From positions 1 to 39,039 of the IMG/VR virus record IMGVR_UViG_3300048762_000133: a stretch of DNA of 39,039 nt. One strand, written 5' to 3'. The DNA is from a virus (lineage: Duplodnaviria; Caudoviricetes). Numbering within the stretch: the stretch's first letter is position 1; every line of letters starts with the position of its first letter. Position numbers and translations under genes: made by a program. Below the pieces are notes generated by a model. That model was not told where the DNA came from. It worked only from the letters and a program-made list of their open reading frames with translations, and did no database searches. Below, piece by piece: positions 1 to 8,851 of the stretch.

Positions 1-76
1 GTTTGTTATCCATTTGGCTAACTTTAGGCACAGGGTTTGAAACAGGTTTGTTATCCATTTGGCTAACTTTTGTTAG
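1..76. repeat. Terminal direct repeat (identical to 38964-39039); circular-assembly overlap
   Basis: Bases 1-76 match 38964-39039 exactly, and the O-like ORF continues in frame across the join. Confidence 0.9.
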
Positions 77-385
77 CCGTTTGGCTAACTCAGGTTGCCA
101 CTTTTCCCAATCTTTTTGAAACCCGATGACCCGACCTTTCCGGGTGATAATGTTTGCGTCTACAAGCAATTGAAGGGACCTGGAAACAACAGATTTTCCT
201 AAACCGGTGGACTCTATGATTTGGCAATTTGCAATATAGTCATCCTTTTTGTGCCAGCCATATGTTTTGCGAAATATTATCATCAATATCTGCCACTGGT
301 TGCCCGATAGTTTCAGCATGGCCAAGTGTTCGATGATTTCATGAGCTACCCCTGTCAGCCCATTTTCAGGTTGGGGATTAGCCAT
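1..385 (-). CDS. Lambda O-like replication initiator, N-terminal part (continues across the circular junction to 38536)
   Basis: Manual translation from ATG 385: MANPQPENGLTGVAHEIIEHLAMLKLSGNQWQILMIIFRKTYGWHKKDDYIANCQIIESTGL..., which has the R-K-T-Y-G-W/F-x-K motif of the Phage_rep_O N-terminal domain; it sits directly upstream of dnaB. Confidence 0.85.
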   Translation of the reverse strand, partial: MANPQPENGLTGVAHEIIEHLAMLKLSGNQWQILMIIFRKTYGWHKKDDYIANCQIIESTGLGKSVVSRSLQLLVDANIITRKGRVIGFQKDWEKWQPELAKRLTKVSQMDNKPVSNPVPKVSQMDNK

Positions 386-574
386 TTATTTCGTCTCGCG
401 CTCTTTGCAAAGCCTTTCGACTTCACTGCGAGTGATAAATGTTTTCTCTGCGATAGTCACAACTTTAAATTTGTTATCAGCCATCCAAGAGTAGAAAGTT
501 ACCCGGCTGATCCCTATCAGTTCGATGGCCTGCTCTATGTTTAATAGCTCGTCTGGATTAATTAATTTATTCAT
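386..574 (-). CDS. Small HTH (excisionase/AlpA-like) DNA-binding protein
   Basis: LLNIEQAIELIGISRVTFYSW HTH pattern, 62 aa, abuts the O-like start. Confidence 0.8.
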   Translation of the reverse strand: MNKLINPDELLNIEQAIELIGISRVTFYSWMADNKFKVVTIAEKTFITRSEVERLCKERETK

Positions 575-714
575 ATCTTATCTTACCCCTTTACAAAGTA
601 TAATGCAACACCCGGTTTCTCTAGCCATTCATACCCTCTCTTCTATCAACCGGCTTCTCGGGTCTCCCATGGAGAAAAAGCGTGCAACCCTAACCAGCAA
701 AGTAGCCTACCCAC

Positions 715-1812
715 CTAACCCCTCGCCTTCAAGTCCAGTAGTTCACAGGTCTTCTTTTCCTGCTCCGGGGTAAAGCCTTTGAGCAGGTCGGCAACCGTTA
801 CGCCTTTCACGTCCTGTGCCAGCGGGATTTCTACCCTGTGAGAATTGAGCCATGACGCCAGCGTGGAGACTTTCCATTTCAACTTTAAGGTCGCAGTCTC
901 TTTCACGTAGGTAACAAAATCGGTACTGGCGTCTTGTGCGGGGGTTTCTACCGCCTGTGTAGTTTGCTCGGCTGATTGGGCGACAGGGGGCTTGTCATGT
1001 ACGCCGGGGCCGTCGAAGTAACTGGCGATTTCGGCATCTGACATGGGTTCGCGTTTTGATTCTTCCGGTGTTTCGTCCTCGGGATACAACAGGTCGGGTT
1101 TTTCCTCATCGGGCGGCGGGAGCATGACCTGTGAACCAGGGGCCGCCCCGATTCGCTGTATCTCGGCCAGTGTTGCATCGGTTCGTATCTGAAGGACGTG
1201 GACAGTTTTCTTGACCTGCCCCTTTTCGCTCTTGATCGTGACCTCCCGCGGTTCGATAGTAAGCCTCAAGGGAATCATGGCGATGCGGCCACACATCGAG
1301 CGTATGAGTTCAACTGCGCTGTTGACTGCCACAATAGAATGGTACGAGCCAGTGTCGAGTTGCCAAACCCCCAACCCTGGGACAGACGGAAGTAAAAATA
1401 TGAGGTTCATCACCTCTTTGCATTTCTTTTGTTGGTACATCGGGCAGTCGCGTCCTGAGCAGGGGAGGTCGCAACGCTCCGTGTCGGCCGTGTCGCGGTG
1501 GGCAAAGTCGCCTGTTTTCGTGTCGATGAGGCGAGAGCAGGTTTCGCCCGTCCCGCGACAAACAAGACCCCGGAAAGATGAATAACATTTATAAAATTGA
1601 GCGGCAAACTTCGTCTCGTCCTCAACAGGAAACATGATGGGGAGTGACCTGGGTTTATCGCCGAACATCTCCGCGATTTCAGGAGGAAGGCAGAAATAAT
1701 CTACCGCCTCGGGGTGTTCGCCCTGTCCCGATTTATTTGGGGCCTTAATCCCGCACCTTACCTTGCCCAAACGAGGCAGGACTCTTTGATTTGTTAGTCC
1801 TTTGATAGGCAT
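715..1812 (-). CDS. Gp3-like (recombination directionality factor-like) recombination protein
   Basis: N-terminal LPRLGKVRCGIK...VDYF, Cys cluster CSGRDC..QKKC, GVWQLDTGSYHS motif; AGGAG RBS. Confidence 0.65.
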   Translation of the reverse strand: MPIKGLTNQRVLPRLGKVRCGIKAPNKSGQGEHPEAVDYFCLPPEIAEMFGDKPRSLPIMFPVEDETKFAAQFYKCYSSFRGLVCRGTGETCSRLIDTKTGDFAHRDTADTERCDLPCSGRDCPMYQQKKCKEVMNLIFLLPSVPGLGVWQLDTGSYHSIVAVNSAVELIRSMCGRIAMIPLRLTIEPREVTIKSEKGQVKKTVHVLQIRTDATLAEIQRIGAAPGSQVMLPPPDEEKPDLLYPEDETPEESKREPMSDAEIASYFDGPGVHDKPPVAQSAEQTTQAVETPAQDASTDFVTYVKETATLKLKWKVSTLASWLNSHRVEIPLAQDVKGVTVADLLKGFTPEQEKKTCELLDLKARG

Positions 1813-1974
1813 CTATATTTTCTCCTTCTTTAATTCGATTTAAGCCTTTAATGCAGGATGCTTCCTGTTCTGCCGTGATTAGCCCACCCTTGACCAGCCC
1901 CCATAATTACTGGGGGTCATCGGTAACAAGTTTGACGGCACTGGCCGAATAATCCAGATTTGCTTTAGGCATGG

Positions 1975-2658
1975 TTAATCCCTCCAGGTGTGTGTGCGGT
2001 TACGGTTATCCGCGAATAAATCCCAGAAAGTTTGGTCGACCACCTTGTTGTACTCGACGCGGGCATGGTAGACCACCTTGTTGTACTCGACGCGGGCATG
2101 GTCGACCACCTTGTTGTACTCGGCGCGGGCATGGTCGACCACCTTGTTGTACTCGACGCGGGCATGGTAGACCACCTTGTTGTACTCGGCGCGGGCAGGG
2201 TCGACCACCTTGTCGTACTCGACGCGGGCATGGTCGACCACCTTGTCGTACTCGGCGCTGGCAGGGTCGACCACCTTGTCGTACTCGGCGCGGGCAGGGT
2301 CGACCACCTTGTCGTACTCGGCGCGGGCAGAGTCGACCACCTTGTCGTACTCGACGCGGGCCTTCGGTGTGAGCATCCCCTCGGGTGGATTGCTAGTCAA
2401 CCCCCGCATTTCTCCGTTTTTGACGGCCTTGACGATGGCGGCGGGGAAGTTCTTAGAGTCCGAGAAGTCCGTACACTCCCGCTCTTTGCCCTCGCTGCTA
2501 TCCAGGCCGAAATAGAAACGTATTGCTCCGTGCCCGTTCAAGTCGTCTTCGCTGGCCTGTTTCTGAAGCAACGTACCCTTCTCAGTGTGGTAGATAAGGT
2601 GATTTGTCAGAAAGAGAACCTTGGGGCCCTTTTCGATATAACTGATAAAGTCACACAT
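1975..2658 (-). CDS. Hypothetical protein with 10 tandem 11-aa repeats (ARxEY[D/N]KVVxx)
   Basis: 227-aa ORF with GGAGG RBS; unique N- and C-terminal parts flank the repeat. Confidence 0.8.
   Translation of the reverse strand: MCDFISYIEKGPKVLFLTNHLIYHTEKGTLLQKQASEDDLNGHGAIRFYFGLDSSEGKERECTDFSDSKNFPAAIVKAVKNGEMRGLTSNPPEGMLTPKARVEYDKVVDSARAEYDKVVDPARAEYDKVVDPASAEYDKVVDHARVEYDKVVDPARAEYNKVVYHARVEYNKVVDHARAEYNKVVDHARVEYNKVVYHARVEYNKVVDQTFWDLFADNRNRTHTWRD
2032..2361. repeat. 33-bp coding tandem repeat, 10 copies
   Basis: Unit ggtcgaccaccttgt[t/c]gtactcg[a/g]cgcgggca[t/g], adjacent with no spacers. Confidence 0.95.
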
Positions 2659-2809
2659 TTATTTGTGCCTCCTGTAATCTCTTTAGTTCGCCTATGGTGA
2701 GCCGGGGCGACTTAGCCAGCAGTTCCAGTTGTCTGCTCGCATCGGATAGCTTGCCGCGCAGGATGAGGACATAGCAGGCTTCGGGGGAGAGCGGCTTATA
2801 GGGGGTCAT
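2651..2809 (-). CDS. Small hypothetical protein
   Basis: MTPYKPLSPEA... with GGAGG RBS, coupled to the stop of the upstream ORF. Confidence 0.5.
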   Translation of the reverse strand: MTPYKPLSPEACYVLILRGKLSDASRQLELLAKSPRLTIGELKRLQEAQINV

Positions 2810-3123
2810 ACATCCTCCATCTCGAAATATTTGCTGCACTCGGCACAGTCTGAGATGATTTCAGATGCCTCGTTAGACTTATCCCTGTCCGCGCCGGATA
2901 GCCAGTCTTTGAGCGTCGAGCGGTCATAACCACAAGTGGAGCAGACGCCGTGCTTGATAGAGGATCGCGGGTTGATGTGGGTCATATAGGGCGAATTCAC
3001 ATCGCCTATATCGGGATTCTCCAGTAGGAAGGCGAAGTTTTCCATGTAGCCGTGGTGCTCAGCGGCGGTAACGGGAACCTCTTGTATTTCGGGCTTGTTT
3101 GGTGTTACTATTAAATTGTTCAT
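2806..3123 (-). CDS. Hypothetical protein with Zn ribbon (CSTC...CAEC)
   Basis: Start placed at ATG 3123 after an AAGGA RBS; two CxxC pairs. Confidence 0.6.
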   Translation of the reverse strand: MNNLIVTPNKPEIQEVPVTAAEHHGYMENFAFLLENPDIGDVNSPYMTHINPRSSIKHGVCSTCGYDRSTLKDWLSGADRDKSNEASEIISDCAECSKYFEMEDV

Positions 3124-3141
3124 CGTGTTTCCTTTCTTGTT

Positions 3142-3172
3142 GGGCCCGGTCTCAGCCGGGCCCCTTCTTTTT
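3142..3172 (+). terminator. GC hairpin with T-tract on the plus strand
   Basis: gggcccgg-tctcag-ccgggccc followed by cttcttttt. Confidence 0.45.
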
Positions 3173-3342
3173 GCGTTGTGATTAATCAAACCCTGACATT
3201 AGTTCTTATAGGCACCTCCTAAACGCAGGTTATCATTTTAATAATTCTGGACATCTTCTACAGTAGAAGGAGTGGGGGACTCCTCCACGGAGTATTTTTA
3301 CCCCTCGTTCTACTCCGCAATCTAAACAAGGAAGCCTCTTCA

Positions 3343-3489
3343 TCATGTTTTAGAAACCTCTACAGGCACAGTAGGCACAGTTGTTACCTTGCGGCACCTA
3401 CGGCATTGGTAGCGCTGAATGTCGCCCTTTTTCCTATGGGCGATACCCGCTTTTACCATCTTGCTACTTTTGCAATTAGGACAATTCAT
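3343..3489 (-). CDS. 48-aa InsA-like Zn-ribbon protein; first early gene, possible regulator (not in ORF track)
   Basis: MNCPNCKSSKMVKAGIAHRKKGDIQRYQCRRCRKV...; AGGAG RBS; directly downstream of the leftward promoter. Confidence 0.75.
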   Translation of the reverse strand: MNCPNCKSSKMVKAGIAHRKKGDIQRYQCRRCRKVTTVPTVPVEVSKT

Positions 3490-3506
3490 TTTTTAACTCC
3501 TGATAT

Positions 3507-3558
3507 AGAATACCACTTATATAACTACTTGTCAAGTCCCTTATATAAGTGCTATAAT
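3507..3558. promoter_or_regulatory. Back-to-back sigma70 promoters with paired operator-like sites
   Basis: Minus: TTGACA(3535-3530)-17-TATTCT(3512-3507). Plus: TTGTCA(3529-3534)-18-TATAAT(3553-3558). Inverted repeat CACTTATATAA(3514-3524)/TTATATAAGTG(3541-3551). Confidence 0.75.
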
Positions 3559-3591
3559 GATTTTAGAAAATAAATTAGGAAGGGGTATTAA

Positions 3592-3837
3592 ATGATGAAA
3601 AGGAACATAACTATCTCCCGGCCTTGGAACTATTGGGCGGTACAAGTAATCTCATGGTTACTCAGTATTATTTTATTTAGATGGGCATGGAACTGGCTTA
3701 TGCCAATAAAATTTGGGCTTCCGACTCTAAGCTTTATCGAAAGTTTTGTCCTTATCTTTATTGCCCATATCCTCATTCCAGTTATCAGTCTCTCTGGCTC
3801 ATGGACTATAAAAGAGAGGCCTGAACAACAAAAATAA
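3592..3837 (+). CDS. Small membrane protein (2 predicted TM helices)
   Basis: Hydrophobic 81-aa ORF with RBS; the only gene of the rightward transcript. Confidence 0.7.
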   Translation: MMKRNITISRPWNYWAVQVISWLLSIILFRWAWNWLMPIKFGLPTLSFIESFVLIFIAHILIPVISLSGSWTIKERPEQQK

Positions 3838-3870
3838 GGGGCCGCCCCACCTTTCGATGAGACGGCCCCT
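3837..3870. terminator. Hairpin between convergent transcription units
   Basis: aggggccg...cggcccct stem, with a T-run on the minus strand. Confidence 0.6.
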
Positions 3871-3900
3871 GCATAAAATCCAGGATACCTGAAAACTATT

Positions 3901-4182
3901 TTACATTTGAAGGATTGAGGTAGTTAACCCGCACAGCCTCGCCTTCTTCGCGTGTTCCGTTGCCTCTTGCGCCCAGAACTCGGACAGTCTGGCTTCCTGG
4001 TTTGCCCGTTCGAGGTGCGGGGCCGCGGCATCCATAACCTTGCCCTCTACTTCCAGGGCTAACCTCTCGGCGCGTTTGGCCTCTACCATAGCGGCCACAG
4101 ACAGTAGGTTGGCTTCTTGGGCGAGTTTCTTGCTCTTGAGGACGTGACGGTAGGCAGAACGCAGCAGATCGTAGGCGGTCAT
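3901..4182 (-). CDS. Hypothetical helical protein
   Basis: 93-aa ORF coupled to the peptidase gene. Confidence 0.6.
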   Translation of the reverse strand: MTAYDLLRSAYRHVLKSKKLAQEANLLSVAAMVEAKRAERLALEVEGKVMDAAAPHLERANQEARLSEFWAQEATEHAKKARLCGLTTSILQM

Positions 4183-4183
4183 T

Positions 4184-4972
4184 CTAGCACCCGTTCTGAA
4201 TCGTGGCGAGGTATTGTTTCAAGAGTGGGATGTTGAGGGGGTCGGCGGCGGGATTAACCCATTTGTCCATAGAGTCCATCACCGCATAAGCCTCGTCAAA
4301 ACGGTGGTCGCAAAACTTCCACGTGAGTTGAACACGCGCGCCCCATGTCTCGATGATTGGCCCGACGTCATTGAGGCTAACCACCTTGACCTTTGAAGGT
4401 AGTTTGTTGAAAGCCATTGAGTAAATGCAATGGCCGCCCTCTATTTTAGCGTTCTTGCATGAGTCGTCGAAGAACCTCTTGCCAGCCTCAAATCCGGACA
4501 TGAAGAAAGCCGGAACCATCATCCCGAGATAAACACCGTCCAACAGATAGACAGCGTAGGCGAACTCTTTATGATTCTTCCAGTCGATGCTTGAGAAGGC
4601 GTCTATGGTATAGGTCTGGCCACCAAACGCCAAACCCTCTTTACGCCACAGGGTGAGATGGTCGAGTAGGACCAGACCATCATCGCCGCCGCCTGTTTCT
4701 TTGAAGTATTGAGTTTTAACATCGACGTCCGGGATGTTGGGGATTGCCCCGCATTCAAACATCTCGAAGCGGTTAATCATGTGGCATGACCCGGCCTCCA
4801 CGCAATCCCCGTAGGTGTCATTCAAATACATGCGGGTATCCGTCACTCCCAACTTCGCATCTATGTCAAATTCAGGCGGCAGGGGCGGCAGGTTAGCTGC
4901 GTTGAGAATGCTGGAAAACTTGATTGTCCGTTTATCGATTTTGGCAGGCAATTTTCCGAGAAGGAATGCCAT
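4184..4972 (-). CDS. Papain-like cysteine peptidase, candidate lysin
   Basis: NDTYGDCVEA (catalytic Cys), GGHCI (His), IIETWG; AAGGAG RBS. Confidence 0.7.
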   Translation of the reverse strand: MAFLLGKLPAKIDKRTIKFSSILNAANLPPLPPEFDIDAKLGVTDTRMYLNDTYGDCVEAGSCHMINRFEMFECGAIPNIPDVDVKTQYFKETGGGDDGLVLLDHLTLWRKEGLAFGGQTYTIDAFSSIDWKNHKEFAYAVYLLDGVYLGMMVPAFFMSGFEAGKRFFDDSCKNAKIEGGHCIYSMAFNKLPSKVKVVSLNDVGPIIETWGARVQLTWKFCDHRFDEAYAVMDSMDKWVNPAADPLNIPLLKQYLATIQNGC

Positions 4973-5055
4973 TTTCTTTATCTCCTTACTTTAATATTCG
5001 TGAGTATCCCTTCTTAGCCAGTACAAATATATTTTATTTATTCCTACTCTATCCC

Positions 5056-5084
5056 TTGACAACCAGTAAATAAGGTGTTATAAT
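5056..5084 (+). promoter_or_regulatory. Consensus sigma70 promoter of the passenger gene
   Basis: TTGACA-17 nt-TATAAT with a TGn extended -10. Confidence 0.85.
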
Positions 5085-5118
5085 ATAGGTGGAAAGTGAA
5101 ATAAGGGAGGAAGCAAAA

Positions 5119-5694
<576 letters not shown>

Positions 5695-6035
5695 CTATGC
5701 ATTACTGCCCTAAAGCTTGTAGCGGGTTGAAAAATGGTAATTGCCTATGCGGATGCGGTGACCAACCGCCATTTTGGCTTGAATATGACTCCAAGATATA
5801 AGCATGGAACGACTTTCTAGGCATGAATTATATCTACTAAAAAAGGGATTACCGATAGATACTACTTTGGGGAGATAAAAATGAAAGTTATAATCTGCTC
5901 TGAATGTGCAAAGTAATTTGAGACTTGGCTTCTACTCCAAGCCAAACAGGATGCTTCACCATCGAAAATTCGCCAGACAAAAGCATACCTACTTTGGCAA
6001 AGATTCGTTATTAAAAAAGATTTCGAGGTAAAATA

Positions 6036-6697
6036 ATGTCTACGAAATATAAAACCGCTAAATACACACTCAAACAATTCAACGAAAAGTATCCCAATGA
6101 TAATGTTTGTCTCGATAGAATATTTGAAGGTCGCTATCCAAACGGCGTAGAGTGTCCTATCTGCAAAAAAGCAACGAAATATTATCGAAGGATAGGGCGT
6201 AAATCCTACGCTTGCGAGTTCTGCGGAAATGAGATATTCCCAACCGCTGGAACTATCTTTGACCATTCCAGCACTTCTTTGCGAAGTTGGTTCTATGCTA
6301 TGTTTCTCATGGCTAACACGCGATGCGGTATCTCTGCAAAACAACTTCAAAGAGAACTTGGAGTAACCTACAAGACCGCTTGGCGTATGTTCACTCAAAT
6401 TCGTAGTTTGATGGATGAGAAACAAGATAAAATGTCGGGAACTGTAGAAGTTGATGAATCTTACTTTGGCGGTAAGTCTAACAATGTTGGTAGAAGCCTC
6501 AAATTATGACTAAGATAGTCCCTAAGCGTGGTATTGATGGAACGAGACACGCCGTATCACCTAAGTACCTACAAGATTATCTGGATGAGTATGGCTTTCG
6601 TTACAATCACCGGAAGTCAGAGACTTCGATGTTTGAACTTCTTTTGAATCGTGTATTTGCTCTTGCTTTACCTTCTGTAAAGGTTGAGAGGCTTTAG
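6036..6697 (+). pseudogene. IS1595-family transposase, internally deleted (two fragments, 6036-6509 and 6506-6697)
   Basis: CPIC..CEFC Zn ribbon, GISAKQLQRELGVTYKTAW HTH, VEVDESYFGG, then directly the C-terminal HAVSPKYLQDYLDEYGFRYNHR; the central catalytic region is missing. Confidence 0.88.
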
Positions 6698-6746
6698 TTA
6701 ACAATGATTCGAATTCTTGCTCAGTTAGTATTTTCTTACGAGACAT
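6561..6746 (-). CDS. Small antisense ORF at the IS right end
   Basis: MSRKKILTEQEFESLLTKASQP..., preceded by GGGGGT; overlaps the 3' end of the transposase. Confidence 0.4.
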   Translation of the reverse strand: MSRKKILTEQEFESLLTKASQPLQKVKQEQIHDSKEVQTSKSLTSGDCNESHTHPDNLVGT

Positions 6747-6847
6747 ATTTAATACCCCCATACTTATATTTTAGCAAGTTTTTGAATTCGTTCTACTGGC
6801 TAAGAGGGTATACTCACGTTAATATTAGCTAGTTACCTGCTAAAGTT

Positions 6848-7201
6848 TCATACTTTCAATCCTTTCTGTATCAAAAATCCGATAACTGTGACAATAAATG
6901 TGACGGCCAGCCCCAAGACGGCCCAGAGTATGCCGTTGATTCGCCCGTTTGTTTCCTTGTCGCACGCTTCGGCGGTTGTTTTTGCTTCCCTGGCTTCAAT
7001 CGCCGCACGGTCCGCCATGAGTGTTGTAGCTTTGGCCAGCTCCTCGGTTTTTGCGAGCTTAATCATCGTTTCCTTGACGCTGCCGTTCAGGATGTTAAAG
7101 CGGGTATCTATCTGCTCAACAAGTTTGAACAGACTTTTCGTGTCCTCCGTGTTCATTATCAGGAGGTCCCTGTCGGTAAGGTTTTGAAGTCTGTCAGGCA
7201 T
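6848..7201 (-). CDS. Coiled-coil protein with C-terminal TM helix (XhlA/holin-like)
   Basis: Heptad-like body plus hydrophobic GILWAVLGLAVTFIVTVIGFLI; adjacent to the peptidase once the IS is removed. Confidence 0.55.
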   Translation of the reverse strand: MPDRLQNLTDRDLLIMNTEDTKSLFKLVEQIDTRFNILNGSVKETMIKLAKTEELAKATTLMADRAAIEAREAKTTAEACDKETNGRINGILWAVLGLAVTFIVTVIGFLIQKGLKV

Positions 7202-7490
7202 CGGCGGCCTCGCTTTCTACAGGTTCATCGATAGTTAACTCGGCAGTCCAGGTGTCACCGATTATTAAAATAGTATTGGCCGAAAGCTCGATGAAAGGCG
7301 CGTCCTTGACCTCGCCGAATCCGTTAAGCTCGACTGTTATCGTGCCCTTGAGGTTGTCGGTTTCAACCGCCCGCCTCAAAAACGCCAGTGTCCGGGGAGG
7401 TGTGTCCGTGAATATCTTGGCGTGTTTCCACGTGACATGATCGTGATGTCCGGGCGTTGTAAAAAGGTTCATTATACGGTCAGTCAGCAT
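7194..7490 (-). CDS. Hypothetical protein
   Basis: Likely start at MLTDRIMN after GAGGGG; coupled to its neighbours. Confidence 0.55.
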   Translation of the reverse strand: MLTDRIMNLFTTPGHHDHVTWKHAKIFTDTPPRTLAFLRRAVETDNLKGTITVELNGFGEVKDAPFIELSANTILIIGDTWTAELTIDEPVESEAADA

Positions 7491-7830
7491 GTAGCCCCCT
7501 CGAAGCCCATATAAAGGCTTTATTTGCCAGCTTTTGACTCCACGGCATGAAGGGGTTATTGCCGGGGTGTGCGCGCTCATAATTGCAAATATGGTGACAC
7601 CACCACCAGCTAAAGAGATAGACGGCGGCGGTTAAAATCAACCACCATCCATGGAGATAGCGGGCGGTCACGAACCAGATTATGAGGGCCACACCCCAGA
7701 CAAAGGACGGCCAGCGCTCTTCCATGCGGGCGGCTTGAGCTGTGTAGGGTTGGTCCGGCGGGCGTTGCATGAATTTTACATAAAACCAATAATAACCGCG
7801 GGCGATAAGCCGTTCGAACAGTTTTATCAT
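7480..7830 (-). CDS. Trp-rich membrane protein
   Basis: Two hydrophobic segments, 116 aa. Confidence 0.6.
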   Translation of the reverse strand: MIKLFERLIARGYYWFYVKFMQRPPDQPYTAQAARMEERWPSFVWGVALIIWFVTARYLHGWWLILTAAVYLFSWWWCHHICNYERAHPGNNPFMPWSQKLANKAFIWASRGLHAD

Positions 7831-7982
7831 CTAAAGCTCCGAATGACCATATAGAAACCTACGGCAACCAGGACACAGGCAGCCACCTCAAGAAAGGCGG
7901 TCACACGATGCGCTCGTCAGGATGGTATAGAACGTATCGTCACAAGTTGTGGCGGTGAATTTAAGCATGATGTTATTGGCGT

Positions 7983-8495
7983 TCATCTCGGACTGAGTCC
8001 GGTGACCGCCGCGGCTGTCGGTGTGGCCGCCGTGGCCGCCGTAGTGACTGATGTTTTCATGGTAGCCGTGAGGTCGCCAGCGGTCGGAGCGTTTGTGAGG
8101 TTGGTTACCGTTGTAATGGTGCCCGCTGTGATGTTGGTAGGAGTAGCCAGGCCGGACTGAATCTTGGTGACAGCGTCTGCTTTTACCGAGGCCGCATTGA
8201 TGGCGTCCGTAGCAATCGAGGTGGCTGTGATACCGTTGGCGGCTACCGAACCCACGGACCCCGTGACATTCCCGCCCACGTTGCCCGTTACAGAGGCTAC
8301 AGCCCCGCCCGAGTAAGTGCTTAATCCAGACTGTATTTTAGTTACCGCATCAGCCTTGACGCCGGCCGCGCCGAGCAAAGCCCCGAGTATCGCCGTGCCG
8401 GTCATCTCCACCCCGATTTGATTGGTTATCAGACCGCCGATGACAAGCACCATGACAACCAGGCAGGCCGTTATGATGATTACCTTATTAGTCAC
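7983..8495 (-). CDS. Chimeric ORF: 2-TM holin-like N-terminus fused to a Thr/Ala-rich structural fragment
   Basis: Hydrophobic first 47 aa, then duplicated VKADAVTKIQSGL; GAGGTG RBS. Confidence 0.5.
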   Translation of the reverse strand: MTNKVIIITACLVVMVLVIGGLITNQIGVEMTGTAILGALLGAAGVKADAVTKIQSGLSTYSGGAVASVTGNVGGNVTGSVGSVAANGITATSIATDAINAASVKADAVTKIQSGLATPTNITAGTITTVTNLTNAPTAGDLTATMKTSVTTAATAATPTAAAVTGLSPR

Positions 8496-8527
8496 TATGC
8501 CACCTCGCTAGATTTCGATTCTAGGGC

Positions 8528-8851
8528 TTAGCCACTTTCGACTACTCTGATTTGATTCCCCCCGACCGGGAACGACTGTACGATTGTCGTTCCTATCAGG
8601 GCCTGCCATTCCTGCAACCATTGGCCGGCTTGCGGGAAGTCTGTTTTCTTGACTGTGTAGCTCACCCCGCCGGTGGACGGAACGGCGTTTACCGTTGCTG
8701 CCGCATTGATTATCGGTGTCGCGGGATTGCCCAGTTGCCATGTGACAAAATTGACGGTATAGCCCGTTAGATCGAACGGTGTGCCGTCATGGTTTTCGAG
8801 GGTATCAGTGATGAGAAACCCAAAATCCCCCATTGAAATAGGAATTATCAT
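8528..8851 (-). CDS. BppU-N-like baseplate/fibre-associated protein
   Basis: GD...DGTPFDLTGYTVNF...GGVSYTVKKTDFPQAGQW pattern. Confidence 0.6.
   Translation of the reverse strand: MIIPISMGDFGFLITDTLENHDGTPFDLTGYTVNFVTWQLGNPATPIINAAATVNAVPSTGGVSYTVKKTDFPQAGQWLQEWQALIGTTIVQSFPVGGNQIRVVESG

Noticed and set aside
2032-2361. CRISPR array
   Set aside because: The 33-bp units are contiguous with no spacers and are in-frame coding repeats; no cas genes are present
1965-2700. Overlapping repeat ORFs in other frames and on the plus strand
   Set aside because: By-products of a stop-free tandem repeat
3343-3489. IS1 element
   Set aside because: Only an InsA-like Zn ribbon; no InsB and no terminal inverted repeats seen
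5862-6425. 187-aa minus-strand ORF
   Set aside because: Antisense shadow of the IS1595 transposase
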